From Candidatus Limnocylindrales bacterium (lineage in GTDB: Archaea > Thermoproteota > Bathyarchaeia > Bathyarchaeales > Bathycorpusculaceae), in NCBI GenBank assembly GCA_035319575.1, contig DATHCJ010000049.1, positions 110 to 64,109 of the forward strand: a stretch of DNA of 64,000 nucleotides, given 5' to 3'. The stretch's first letter is position 1. Every line of letters begins with the position of its first letter. This document shows, piece by piece, positions 27,984 to 38,525 of the stretch. The notes under the pieces were generated by a model. The model did not search any database. It worked only from the letters and a program-made list of their open reading frames with translations, and had not been told where the DNA came from. The position numbers and the translations under genes are program-made.

Positions 27984-29592
27984 AGCTTGGCGTCTGAGTC
28001 GGGTACCCTACAAAGAAGCTGTTTATCGTTCACTTGCTGAGGAAAGAGGACGCATGTGGTGGGGAGCCTTCGGACGGAATCGTCCAGACAAAGAGGCCCA
28101 AGATGACCTTGAATTGACGAGGAGGGCGCTGAGGATTGCTAAATTCGACAAAACAGTCGTAACCGTTTTCAACGTTATTGTCTCGGTAGCCCCGTTTGCT
28201 TCGTTGTTTCTCGGAGTTCCATTGTTCGGGTTGGCAAGTTCAATATCGTTAAGCTTAGCCGTCACCTTTGGGTTCACGGCCCTCTACACAATTCAGACCC
28301 TTTCATCTTTTATAAGTCCTGAATCTTCAGCTTTACTGTCAACTTTGCCTTTAGATCGAAATGACTTTTCTCTAATCACTTTATTTTCTTTCATCAGATC
28401 CTTCGACTACATGGTAACAGGGTCAATCCTCAGCCAAGTCACACTGGTCGCTTACTTAACCCGATCCCCCACAGCAACCTTAATCATGCTTGCAGCCTCC
28501 ACGATGAACGCGTTGTTCGCCGTCACCGTCGCACTTTGGTTCTCAAGAATTTTCCAAAAGAACCTATTGCGTGGAGGAAGGTCAAAGGCTAGTACGATTT
28601 TACGCTTGTTCTTCATTTTGATGTGGGGATTGCTGCTTGTTGTCGTGGGCTTCTTGTTCAGCATCCCATGGTACATTGTGCCTAACCTAGAGAACACGCT
28701 TCTAGGTGCTGGGCATGTATGGAACTCGTTGTTGGGTCTCGTTTACCCGTTCTCAACAGGCATAGTCATAACCGAACTAGTTTTTTCAAACGTAACTTTA
28801 ACGGCGGTGTCACTGGCGTCCGCTGCAATGGTCGGGTACGCGTTGATTGCAATCCTGGCTGGCAAATGGAGCATAGGAACAGTGAGACGTGTGTCCCAAG
28901 GGTACGGAGTAAACATCGCTCGAGTGGGGACTCGAGACTTTTCAGTCAAACCCCGCGGTCCACTGCTGGGTTATGTATTGAAGGACCTTAAAGTTGCGTC
29001 AAGAAACCCGGCCACGGCCTTCTTTTTTGCACTGCCCGTTCTTGAAACGGTCATAATAACTCTGTTGGACTCTAATTTTGGAACCCTCAGGACAGCCCTG
29101 GTGCTCGCTGGGACTTCCATGGGTGGAATTTTCGCGCTGTTCCTGCCTCTTGCCCTGTTAACCGCTGAGGGAAGAGGTTTGGAATACACTAAAACCTTGC
29201 CGATTAACTCCAGAAGAATTGTGGTTCCCAAGACGCTGGTGTCCACCGCGACTTACGTTCCTGTGCCATTCATTCTGGTCGCTTTATCCTTTGTTAAACC
29301 GCTGACTTCCCAGTCCACGATTCTTATTCCTTTCTTGATTATAATGCCTGTGGCCTCTGCAAGCGTCTTAGAAATCAAACTCTTTCTTAGAACCGCAGCT
29401 AAAAGCAGAATCGCGTCGGTCCTCAGTGACTTTGAAAAATTAGCCGTCGGAGTCTTAATCATACTGGTTCCTGAAGTCGCCTACGCTGCGATGTTTCTTG
29501 CAACGTTTAATCACGGCTTTTCCCTTTTAGCTATGGCTGGAACTGCTTTTGCAGAACTTGCAGTGGCTTTACACATTCTTGATAGTTCTTAG
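27970..29592 (+). CDS. ABC-2 type permease
   Basis: Polytopic membrane protein coupled to the ABC ATPase. Confidence 0.8.
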   Translation: MKLAEAWRLSRVPYKEAVYRSLAEERGRMWWGAFGRNRPDKEAQDDLELTRRALRIAKFDKTVVTVFNVIVSVAPFASLFLGVPLFGLASSISLSLAVTFGFTALYTIQTLSSFISPESSALLSTLPLDRNDFSLITLFSFIRSFDYMVTGSILSQVTLVAYLTRSPTATLIMLAASTMNALFAVTVALWFSRIFQKNLLRGGRSKASTILRLFFILMWGLLLVVVGFLFSIPWYIVPNLENTLLGAGHVWNSLLGLVYPFSTGIVITELVFSNVTLTAVSLASAAMVGYALIAILAGKWSIGTVRRVSQGYGVNIARVGTRDFSVKPRGPLLGYVLKDLKVASRNPATAFFFALPVLETVIITLLDSNFGTLRTALVLAGTSMGGIFALFLPLALLTAEGRGLEYTKTLPINSRRIVVPKTLVSTATYVPVPFILVALSFVKPLTSQSTILIPFLIIMPVASASVLEIKLFLRTAAKSRIASVLSDFEKLAVGVLIILVPEVAYAAMFLATFNHGFSLLAMAGTAFAELAVALHILDSS

Positions 29593-29790
29593 CGTCGGGT
29601 AGGGCCTTGAGGATTAATTGTTTGGGTTTCCTTAGACAAAGATGTAGAAATGTTCAAGGGTCTTTCGGATTATTCTCGTTTCTCGGCCTTTCCCGCTGGA
29701 GTTTTTTCCCAGTGGTTTTTTCGAGCGTTAACGACCAGTTGGTAAAACAGTCCCACAGTAGGCTCGAGTCGTTCGATTTTTTGGTGTCAC

Positions 29791-30597
29791 TCATTGCGTC
29801 GCCTTGAGGTACTTATTGAAGAAGGCTAAAGTCATCGTCCATGCATCTTCAGCCGCGGCTTTGTTGTATAAGGGTCTTGTTTGGTTGAAGAAAGCATGTT
29901 GTGTACCCTGATAGATTTTCAACTGAAACGTTTTCTTATGCACAATCATGGACTCAACTAGGGCTGGAATCCCGGTGGTTATTCTCTGATCTTCACCAGC
30001 ATAGACCCCGAACACCGGACCGCTGATCTTAGCGACTGACTCGAGAGGTTTAGGGCTTGCGCCGTAAAAGGGAACTGCAGCGTTGAAGGGATACGTTGTC
30101 GCAAGTTGCCAGGTTAACCCGCCGCCGAGGCAGAAACCTGTTATTCCAAGAGTTTCAGGATTCGCGTTTTTCAAAGTTTTGACGTAGTCTACGCAGCAAA
30201 GCAGGTCTTCCGCCATTGTCTTCTCCGCTCTCTCCCGGCCCGTGAAGAAATAGTTCACTGTTTTTCTATCCTCTTCCGACAAACTCGCCATCAAGCTCTG
30301 CATTGCAGCTGGGTCGTTGCGTTTTTCAGGCGGAATCTGCCACACTCGCATCATGGCTTTCTCGATTTTTTGCTCGGTTAAATCTTTCTCTCGACAAAAA
30401 AGATGCGGAGCCACAGCGACGAAGCCCTCTTGAGCATATCTGTCCGCAACACCTTTAATTTGGTCGTTGAGGCCCCAGGCCTCGTGAACCACGATGATTG
30501 CTGGATGTCGGCGTTTGGCTTTAGGAACCGCAACGTGAGCTATCATGTTAGCGTCATCGGAACACTCGATGGTAGCCGTTTGACTCAAAAATTCCAT
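29791..30597 (-). CDS. dienelactone hydrolase family protein
   Basis: HEAWGLN, GFCLGG, HAFFN. Confidence 0.92.
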   Translation of the reverse strand: MEFLSQTATIECSDDANMIAHVAVPKAKRRHPAIIVVHEAWGLNDQIKGVADRYAQEGFVAVAPHLFCREKDLTEQKIEKAMMRVWQIPPEKRNDPAAMQSLMASLSEEDRKTVNYFFTGRERAEKTMAEDLLCCVDYVKTLKNANPETLGITGFCLGGGLTWQLATTYPFNAAVPFYGASPKPLESVAKISGPVFGVYAGEDQRITTGIPALVESMIVHKKTFQLKIYQGTQHAFFNQTRPLYNKAAAEDAWTMTLAFFNKYLKATQ

Positions 30598-30894
30598 AAC
30601 AGGTCAAATTAACCTCCATGAGTTAATATTTAACTGTTCCATCCCTCTGCGTTACTAATACATTCTGACCACTGTGTCAAATATCATGAGGCATGAATCG
30701 ATAGATAGAAGCCGAGCTCCTTAAGAGTTGAGAGCAGTGATACGCGACAAAATCCCGGGCGCTCATCAAAAAGAGACAGTTCAGGAAGACAACAGTTTGG
30801 CCAGGAACGTAAAAAAGAAATAAACCTTGCTTGTCACGCGAATCTAGGCAGTGCACGCGACAAAAAAATGAGGGATGTTGAGCTCGCTAAAATC

Positions 30895-31770
30895 TCACGA
30901 GTAAACAATCGAGAAGCTTGTTCCATCGGAAAACAGCACTGATGGGGTGGCAATTGCTGTGCCTGCACTATTGACCATAGTCAACGTTTGAACCGATGAA
31001 CCGAAAGAGCCGATTGCTCCCGTACTTCCACTTACCGTAGCATAGCATGTTCCGCTAACATCAGTGGTATAGTAACCGTAGTTTGCAGTCCCAAAGTTTG
31101 CCAGTGGTATTATTCCGCTGGAGGATGATGGTGCCTCTGTGATCCACTCAGCTGAAGATCGTGCAGCGTTCCTAACTGTGCCGGTCGTGCTAAAGGACTT
31201 TCCTGAAGTTGTATCAGTAATGGTGATTGTGAATGTGCCGCTAGAGCTTCTGATCGGGTCACGCGGTGCAAATACGAGTCCGCCGAATGCTGGTCCGCCA
31301 GGACTTCCTGAGCTGGCAGTGTACGTCACGCTTGCCGATATTATGTCACTAGGATTTATAGTTAACGAAGTAATCAGGTACATTGGGCCTGGATAGAATT
31401 CGTACCAAGCACAGTATTCAGGTACGCCGTAAGTGGATTGTGCACTCGAGGTAGCGATCATGGTTCCTGTTTGCTCTACTGTATTCGAGTTGAAACCGTC
31501 AATACCCACCCAAGTAGCTGCAAGCGCCGTTCCGGTATTACTATCTAGCGTGGGGACCGTCCATGATCCAGTAACAGAAGTCACCGAACCAGTTGCGCCT
31601 GTCACTGCGTACCCGCTCCAGTTGAGGCTCTTATAACTACCGTTACTTGACCTGAGTAGGGCTATCCCCGGCGTCATTATTGGACTTGTCAGGGCTAATG
31701 CTGGGCTGAAGGCTGCTAAAAGCATAAGCGAGCTAATGAAAAGCATGGATAATTTAGTGGCGATTTTCAT
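30895..31770 (-). CDS. secreted G1-family glutamic peptidase (eqolisin)
   Basis: Signal peptide; NWSGY, WVGIDG, EQTGT, AWYEFYP, SAEWITEAP. Confidence 0.88.
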   Translation of the reverse strand: MKIATKLSMLFISSLMLLAAFSPALALTSPIMTPGIALLRSSNGSYKSLNWSGYAVTGATGSVTSVTGSWTVPTLDSNTGTALAATWVGIDGFNSNTVEQTGTMIATSSAQSTYGVPEYCAWYEFYPGPMYLITSLTINPSDIISASVTYTASSGSPGGPAFGGLVFAPRDPIRSSSGTFTITITDTTSGKSFSTTGTVRNAARSSAEWITEAPSSSSGIIPLANFGTANYGYYTTDVSGTCYATVSGSTGAIGSFGSSVQTLTMVNSAGTAIATPSVLFSDGTSFSIVYS

Positions 31771-31896
31771 TCTAATTATCCCTTATTTATATTTGCTTTG
31801 GTGGAATAAAAGATTTATTCCAAATCAGCAGTGAGGCAGCGCTAGCTTTTTATCGAATCACCATTTAGATTAAGATGCTCTTGGAGAATTGCTAGT

Positions 31897-32481
31897 TTGG
31901 ATTTAATCTCAGAATTGATCAGAGCCACCATAGCTTTATTCGTTATCGTCGACCCTTTCGGCAACATCCCCATTTTCATAGGTTTAACCGAAAAAATTTC
32001 AGACGAGCAAAAAAAGAAAACATACAATACCGCGGTCCTTGTTGCCGCCGTACTTCTTCTTCTCTTTGCGTTTACGGGTCAAGGAATCTTTGAAGTTTTC
32101 GGCCTCTCGATCGATAGTTTTGAGGTTGCCGGCGGTATTCTACTCTTAATTATTGCAGTCAGGATTTTGATTTCCGGATTTCACGAGATCACTGAATCTC
32201 CGGAAAGTTTGGGCGCGGTTCCCATTGCTATGCCGCTTCTCGTTGGGCCTGGTGCAATCACCACAACCATTCTTAACCTTCAAGCTTACGGCATCGCAAT
32301 AACAATCCTAGCGGTTATCATCGTTCTAACCATCACGTGGATTATTCTAAGGTATATAAACGGCATCTACAGGATTTTAGGCAAAACCGGTTCCTTAGTC
32401 ATAGCGAGAGTTATGGCGCTGGTGATTGCTGGCATCGCAGTCCAGTACATACTCGTCGGAGTCACCCATTTCATAGCTTAA
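31897..32481 (+). CDS. MarC family membrane protein
   Basis: DPFGNIPIF, AGGILL, VPIAMPLLVGPGAI. Confidence 0.92.
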   Translation: MDLISELIRATIALFVIVDPFGNIPIFIGLTEKISDEQKKKTYNTAVLVAAVLLLLFAFTGQGIFEVFGLSIDSFEVAGGILLLIIAVRILISGFHEITESPESLGAVPIAMPLLVGPGAITTTILNLQAYGIAITILAVIIVLTITWIILRYINGIYRILGKTGSLVIARVMALVIAGIAVQYILVGVTHFIA

Positions 32482-32898
32482 GCAGGTGGAACATGAGATG
32501 CGTAAAATAATTAATGAAGACGAATTGGGACGAGGAGTTTTTTTTGCTAAAAACTTTCTAAAAAGTGACTCATTTTTCTAGATAGTTAAAACGCGTGAAG
32601 TTAGAGCTTGCTCAATGACTTAAGCAGTTTTTTAATCTTGTTTTTGGATTCATAAAGGACTTGTATAAGTTGTTATGATTTTACGCGTTTAGGCATAAAG
32701 GAGTGAAAGTGTAGGCGCAGAATGCGTCAAAAACAGGAAGGTGCTCACTGATAAAATGGCTGAAATGTCCGATGTTAAAGTTAAAGGCTTGCCAGTTGAA
32801 TTACGATGCATCTTGTTGAATGATTTAGAATCAGCATCCGAGAATCGGCCATCAATACCGAAGATGTCAAACCAGTTTGCAATCAGGAGTATTTTTGT

Positions 32899-33177
32899 AT
32901 GAGAAGGTCCAAACTGGAAATAAGCTTAGATATTCTTGAGGTATTCGTTAATTGCGGACCAATAAGGCTAACTAGGGTCAGCCTTAAGGCGAAAGTTAGC
33001 TACATTCTACTGAAGCAGATTACGAAAGGGTTTCTGACAGACGGCCTTGTGGAAGAGCGAAAAGTGAAAGACTACCTGGTTTATACTGCTACTCCAAAAG
33101 GTAGAATGGTGTTGTCACAGCTCAGAGAAGATAGCCAAAGTAATCGGAATCTTGAGCAGTGCCTTTTGTGGAAATAG
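32899..33177 (+). CDS. winged-helix transcriptional regulator
   Basis: MRRSKLEI..DIL...TPKG pattern. Confidence 0.8.
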   Translation: MRRSKLEISLDILEVFVNCGPIRLTRVSLKAKVSYILLKQITKGFLTDGLVEERKVKDYLVYTATPKGRMVLSQLREDSQSNRNLEQCLLWK

Positions 33178-33645
33178 TTTTTTCATTAAAATTTCGCTTG
33201 TGATGAACGAAGTAGACATCGATTTTCTGCTGAAGAAGCTTGTTAAGTACGAAAAAACTTAGTTAAAAGAGGGAAAGCGACAAAAACTTACAACGGTACG
33301 CAAGCAGCGTGAATTCTTCCATTTCACCCGAGATCCTGAGTTGACAAGTATATTTGCCTCTTTACTTGCCTTTCGATGCTGCAGTTAGTTCTAAATGCAA
33401 AAATGTGATAGGTGAACAGAATGTGATAATGAGCGTCTTAACAGGTCGTTAGTAAAGAATCCATCAAAAGCAACTTCTATTTTTCATCAGTTTTCATTTG
33501 CCCATCGTAACCGTTTTCCAAGGTTCGCCTCACGTTCTTTAAAACAGGCTTGTTGTTGATTTAGCTCTAAACCAATATCACCAATGTGGATTGCCGTTTC
33601 ATAAACCGTTTATGTCTTTTCGGCTTCATTTATAGTCTGGTACGT

Positions 33646-34242
33646 ATGTCGAACAAGAGAAGATTACTCAAGCTTTTTGTGTCGCCTAGCCTTAAAGTGG
33701 CTCTTTGCCTAGTCTGCTTAGTTGCAGTGAGCTTTGCCTTAGTTATTTACTCAGGATCGGTGGTTATTAATCCCGTAGAGCAGCTTAGCATTGGAGCGTC
33801 AAGCACATCTTGGAATATTTATGTGAACGAAGTCAACCAGACGAGGTACATGCCTGGGGGTTTCACAGAGCCCACGTTAAATCAGTCAGACACAAGCACC
33901 TACGCTTTCAGAGTCGTCACAGACCAGTACAAGGTCTGCGCGATTAAAGTGCAACTTTCGACAGCTATGAGCTCGAGTGAATTTTCTAACTTTAACATAA
34001 CTGTTTTGTCTTCAACAGGGGGATCATGGGCGCAGGAACCGCTTTTTACTGCCGCAAACGGTTCAACCAATAAGGCTTTCATTAATGGTACAGTGCAGGG
34101 AGATGCTGCCTACATTCATCAGGATTTGTCAACGACAAAATACTATTTGATCCAAGTGACCTATTCGTATGATTTAGTTAACGCGACTGCTCAGATACCG
34201 GTGACGTTTGAGTTTACTCCGTTGCCAGCCAACAGCTTTTAA
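33646..34242 (+). CDS. membrane-anchored/secreted hypothetical protein
   Basis: N-terminal TM, S/T/N-rich beta-type body. Confidence 0.65.
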   Translation: MSNKRRLLKLFVSPSLKVALCLVCLVAVSFALVIYSGSVVINPVEQLSIGASSTSWNIYVNEVNQTRYMPGGFTEPTLNQSDTSTYAFRVVTDQYKVCAIKVQLSTAMSSSEFSNFNITVLSSTGGSWAQEPLFTAANGSTNKAFINGTVQGDAAYIHQDLSTTKYYLIQVTYSYDLVNATAQIPVTFEFTPLPANSF

Positions 34243-34271
34243 AACTGTAGGTTGATGAAGGGTTACCTGTT

Positions 34272-34526
34272 GTGGATAAAGTAAACGGTTATGCCGGAGC
34301 GCAATTGATTCTAGGATTTCTATCAATTATTATCGGTCCGCCCGCTCTAACCTTTGCTTCGATTTTCTGGTATCAGGCAGCCCAATCTACTTTGTGGACT
34401 TACGCTCGTTACGTCTGCATAGTTGGAAGTTTAGGCGCCACGGTCTTTGGAGCATCATTAGCCAGAGATGGCGCTAGGCTATGGAAAAGTGTCTCTGGCA
34501 AACACGCTTTGAACAGGCGACGTTAA
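34272..34526 (+). CDS. small membrane protein
   Basis: Two TM helices. Confidence 0.55.
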   Translation: MDKVNGYAGAQLILGFLSIIIGPPALTFASIFWYQAAQSTLWTYARYVCIVGSLGATVFGASLARDGARLWKSVSGKHALNRRR

Positions 34527-34947
34527 GGAATTTTTTGCGCAATCGGATCGCTTTTGCTGTTGTGAAATAGAAGCTCTAGGGACAATTGCAGTAAAAGGAT
34601 TCAACTTAATCCGTTTTAGACGATGTTACGCCTCTGGGGCGTGAATCCTGCTTTTGCAGCTTCTAAAAATGCATTTGGGATGAACCAGTAATTCATAAAG
34701 CCTAAATAATAATTCCATTCAAAAAGAAAAAGCATGTGCACTTTACCCAACATGCAAGTTCATCAGCTTGAAGAACTTACTCAAAACGCAAGAAAAACCA
34801 AGAAAAAAACTAAACTTGCGGGAATCACAACAGTCGTGCCTGACTGCCAATTATTGGAAAGCATTGTTCAATGATCAATAAATGGGCATAGAAGTTTCAG
34901 ACTGCATTTCTAAAATGTGCGTCACATCATGAGATGGAATAACGCAG

Positions 34948-35295
34948 ATGAAGAAGATTAACAGAGCTTTGGTCGGTGCAAGCATGGCAGTGGCAGGCGA
35001 CGTTCTAATGGTTTTCAGCGGTAGCTTTCTAAGCGGCTTAACCGATGGAATTGTTAATGTTGACGTAATTTTTTCGGCAGGACTTTGTTTGCTTATCAGT
35101 TGTGTCGCTTGGGTTTGGACGTTTAAGCATAATCATTTTTATTACGTGGTTGCAGGGCTTTTCTCGACGATGATGATAATGTGGTCGATATTCATGAGCT
35201 TTTACTGGGTTACTAACGGCTGGAGCTACTACGTTTTCGGTGTGGCTTTGATGGGCACATTAGTTGTGGCAATGAATAAAAGCGAATTCATCTAG
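34948..35295 (+). CDS. hypothetical membrane protein
   Basis: Four TM helices. Confidence 0.6.
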   Translation: MKKINRALVGASMAVAGDVLMVFSGSFLSGLTDGIVNVDVIFSAGLCLLISCVAWVWTFKHNHFYYVVAGLFSTMMIMWSIFMSFYWVTNGWSYYVFGVALMGTLVVAMNKSEFI

Positions 35296-35374
35296 AGATT
35301 TTTTTGCAGTCGATTTTAGGGCACAGTTTCGAAAGATGGCCGAGTTGCTATCTATCGACACAGTAGCCCTTGGA

Positions 35375-35441
35375 AAAACCTCAAGTTCTACGCTCTTACT
35401 CGCGCCCGCTTGAGCACACGGTGTCCAAAGCTTGGGTTGCT
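35375..35441 (-). repeat. degenerate partial copy of the SRP RNA 3' region (copy C)
   Basis: aacctcaagttctacgctcttactcgcgcccgcttgagc...gtccaaagcttgggttgct aligns to 38128-38192. Confidence 0.75.
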
Positions 35442-35496
35442 GTTTATTGTTAAAGTTATATGTTTCCTCGATGCTTTATTTGCCGGAAGGGTTAGT

Positions 35497-35994
35497 GTGG
35501 CAGCAGAGGTAAGTTTAGGCAAGGTTTACGAGGAAGTTAAACGAATGCGGCTTGAACTCAAAACGATAGAGAAGTCGCTTGATAGCTTGCTTGAATCTTT
35601 GATTCCCGAGTGAGAAGAACTCACCCCAGAGGAAGCCAAAGAGCTGGACATTCTAAGTAAAGAAATGGATGAGGGTAAGTGTGTTCCCATAGAGCAAATT
35701 ATAAAGAAATATGGACCACAAAAGAGTGGCAAAGTACAACCTAACGTTCACAGAGAAATCGATAAATTCCATGCACAGTTAGATGAGAAAATACGCTCCC
35801 ATATAGCTGAAGACATGGCATGCCTCCAGACCTTCCCCCAATTCAGCAAACATCTAGATGTCGCGAAATTGCAAGGGCGCAAAAACACCTATCGACTGCG
35901 TAGCGACGACTTCAGAATTATCTTTGAAGTCAATAAAAACGCAAAAATGATCAATGTACTCAAAATCTCTCGAACAGAAGCGGCCTACAAATAA
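35497..35994 (+). pseudogene. degenerate antitoxin plus RelE/ParE toxin module
   Basis: Antitoxin has an in-frame TGA at 35611-35613 (SLIPE*EELTPEE); RelE motif KLQG...YRLRSDDFRIIF...RTEAAYK; probable toxin GTG at 35726 is out of frame. Confidence 0.7.
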
Positions 35995-35998
35995 ACTA

Positions 35999-36104
35999 AG
36001 TAGCGGTGGACCGCTGTGGTTTGACGCCTAGACTCCGCCTGAAAGCCTCAAGTCTTGCCTCTGACTCGCGCCCTCCTTGAGCGCTTAAAGCCCAAATTTA
36101 AGTT
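35999..36104 (-). repeat. duplicated SRP RNA 3' end (copy B), att-like
   Basis: 35999-36050 matches 38084-38135 at 51/52 nt; degenerate similarity continues to about 36104. Confidence 0.9.
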
Positions 36105-36401
36105 CGAAAACGTGTATTCACTGATATATCGAAGAAAAACGTTTGACCTCAACTGACTTATTTGAGTATGAAAAATTCTTTTGATGATTGTCACTAATTA
36201 GCGATAAATATAGGTTTTGAACAGTTTTTTTATTCCTTGGCGCACTTTGCTTTTTGTACACGAACGATCGTTTTTGAAGGTCGATAAATGTAATCGATCG
36301 GATTTTTTTCTTCCCAAGTTAGCTTTGTTGAAACATTCTTTTTTGTCGCCATTATTCCTCACTTAACACAACTTATTAAGACATGTTAACCTATATAAGA
36401 T

Positions 36402-37859
36402 TTAATCCTTAAAAAAAAGGTTCCAAAAGGAATTAGTTAGCTTTTCGTTTTTGATGATAACTCGGAATGGCGACTTTGAAATTTCTTCCTCTAAGATGAT
36501 GAAGCCTTTTGGATCATTTCTAATAGTAAATCTGAGTTCATTAGTAAGAATTCTATATAGCAGCTCAGAACAATCCTTTGCATTTCTAACTACTAATACG
36601 CCATTAGCAATTCCTGTTTGCATATCTACTTGCATAGATAACGGATGCCTCAGTTGTAGTAGATCAGCTCGCCGATCAAAGCTGTAGCATTCTGCGATTG
36701 CAAGAATATCGCAGATTTTGTCAAATAAAAGACAGCTATCCTTAAACTCCTTCTCTTTCTCTTCCCAAAGCTCGTACTGCTGCTTTTCTCTGTATTTATC
36801 AAGTTCTTTAAAGAAAGCAAATATAGTTTTGTTAAAGTTTGGATCACAAGCAATTAATAAATTGTTCCAATGATCGTAGTCAGAAATCTCTTCGAAGCTC
36901 TCCTCAGCTAAAAGTATGAAAAGTCTTTTCTCAAAAAAGCTCAATGGGCGGTCTCTTATCTCTTTGGAATAACTTGCTGGGTTATCATATCGCGGAACGT
37001 AAGCGATCACAGGTTTGTTTTGCGACAAGGTAGCGGCTAATTCAGAATCTTTGCCCATACTATCTGTTTCTTGTGCTAGGTAGATCGTGCACAAAGCCCT
37101 TTTTAGCATTAAACCTTCAATTAAGCCTTTTTCTCTAGAGTTATTGCATGTGGATTGCGTTGGGTCAAAAAACCGCAGCTTAAATTCCTGAAGCCTTAAG
37201 TCTTTAAAAATGTTCTCAATAAAGTCATATGCTTCCTCGTATTCCCACTTGTTTCTCATAGATGTAGCGAAATAGAGATCCATACAATCCCATGTGAGAT
37301 AAATATCCGTATTTGCCAAGGCTGTCGCTTGAGCTTCCTCGATTTGGCACATAAGACTTTTGAGATATTCTTTGAAATTCAAGTATTTCTTGTTTCTTTT
37401 TCTTTTTACGGCTTCAAACTCTTTTTCCGCCTTTTTTCCAGAAACGTAACCAAGATACCATGTTTTACTTCTGTCGATTTTTCTTATTTCAAGAATTTTT
37501 TGGGAACGATTTCTGAACTCTTTCTTCAAATAATTTGGTTTTTTAATGTGTGCTTGGAATTTCGATTCTATTTCTTCCTTTTTAAAACGAATCAAAGTCT
37601 TATATGCGAACCTAAAATTCCCAAAATACAACAAAGCAAACGTTCTAAACTTGCTGATTCCTTTTTTGATATCGTCAATCTTCAGTAATTTGTTTCCAAA
37701 GAAAAAAATGAAGAATCCCAGACTGACTAAATCTTCATTCAGAAGAAGCATCAATTCGTTGAATTGGCTGTAATTGATCCCAATCTTTTTTATGTTATCA
37801 AAAAAGTTTGATATAGAAGGGCTAACTTGATCAAGTTCACTATAATTCTCACAGCACAA
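36402..37859 (-). CDS. AT-rich hypothetical protein with a nucleoside 2-deoxyribosyltransferase/TIR-like Rossmann domain
   Basis: LYFATSMR...FFDPTQ...DSMGKDSELAATLSQNKPVI; frame stays open 28 codons upstream to a CTG at 37943. Confidence 0.6.
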   Translation of the reverse strand: MCCENYSELDQVSPSISNFFDNIKKIGINYSQFNELMLLLNEDLVSLGFFIFFFGNKLLKIDDIKKGISKFRTFALLYFGNFRFAYKTLIRFKKEEIESKFQAHIKKPNYLKKEFRNRSQKILEIRKIDRSKTWYLGYVSGKKAEKEFEAVKRKRNKKYLNFKEYLKSLMCQIEEAQATALANTDIYLTWDCMDLYFATSMRNKWEYEEAYDFIENIFKDLRLQEFKLRFFDPTQSTCNNSREKGLIEGLMLKRALCTIYLAQETDSMGKDSELAATLSQNKPVIAYVPRYDNPASYSKEIRDRPLSFFEKRLFILLAEESFEEISDYDHWNNLLIACDPNFNKTIFAFFKELDKYREKQQYELWEEKEKEFKDSCLLFDKICDILAIAECYSFDRRADLLQLRHPLSMQVDMQTGIANGVLVVRNAKDCSELLYRILTNELRFTIRNDPKGFIILEEEISKSPFRVIIKNEKLTNSFWNLFFKD

Positions 37860-38086
37860 ATATTGGACTATAAGTTTTGATAAGTCTTGAGCTTCATTTA
37901 TTTGAAAATCATCAAGTTCAGGATCTTCAAATTTCGTACGCAGCTACCTCTTGTATTACTAAGCTTTCTATCATAATAGATTTTTGATATGCTCTTCTTA
38001 ATGAAAAAAGCGGTAGCCTATCGCCAACTTACTTGAGTTGTTGTTCTCTTTAGAAAAACAACTTTTAGTCGTTTTTAAGCATCAGT

Positions 38087-38405
38087 AGCGGTGGACCACT
38101 GTGGTTTGACGCCTAGACTCCGCCTGAAAGCCTCAGGTCCTACGCTCTTACCCGCGCCCCCTTGAGCGCGTAACGTCCAAACTTAGGTTGCTCTCTCCCG
38201 AGCCTAGCCAGGTTCGCCTGGTGAACAACGAAACAGCTCCCCTACGGAAGCTGCCCATTGACCGCCAGCCCCAAAGGACGGATAGTCAATGTTTCGGGAA
38301 TGAAGATCCAAGCGGCCTTTGACGCCTCATCCGCAGGTGTCAGCCCGTCATATAGAGGGTTTACGGTACAATGGACCCCTACCCCACCGCCTAAGATCCA
38401 CCGCC
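38087..38405 (-). ncRNA. ffs: signal recognition particle (7S) RNA
   Basis: Terminal helix GCGGTGGAT/GTCCACCGC; helix-8 motif CTAGGCTCGGGAGAGAGCAACCTAAG; Alu-like 5' domain; AAGGTTTTAAAG TATA about 25 nt upstream. Confidence 0.88.
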
Positions 38406-38525
38406 GCAATTAAAGGCGCAGAACGAACTTTAAAACCTTCGCAGTTGTGAGCGTCTTTTTTCCGGGCTGTTTTAAGCGGGTAATTTTCTCCTTGTTGTTT
38501 TTGGTTGCTCTTTATGCTCTTTAGT

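Noticed and set aside
32756-32902. 48-aa ORF overlapping the start of the wHTH gene
   Set aside because: Possibly real, but no supporting motif could be identified confidently
35375-38192. CRISPR array or integron cassette array
   Set aside because: Only three long unequal repeats derived from SRP RNA, spaced 0.6-2 kb apart, with no cas or integrase gene
38087-38405. RNase P RNA
   Set aside because: Lacks the GAGGAAAGUCC-type P4 motif and carries the SRP helix-8 motif instead
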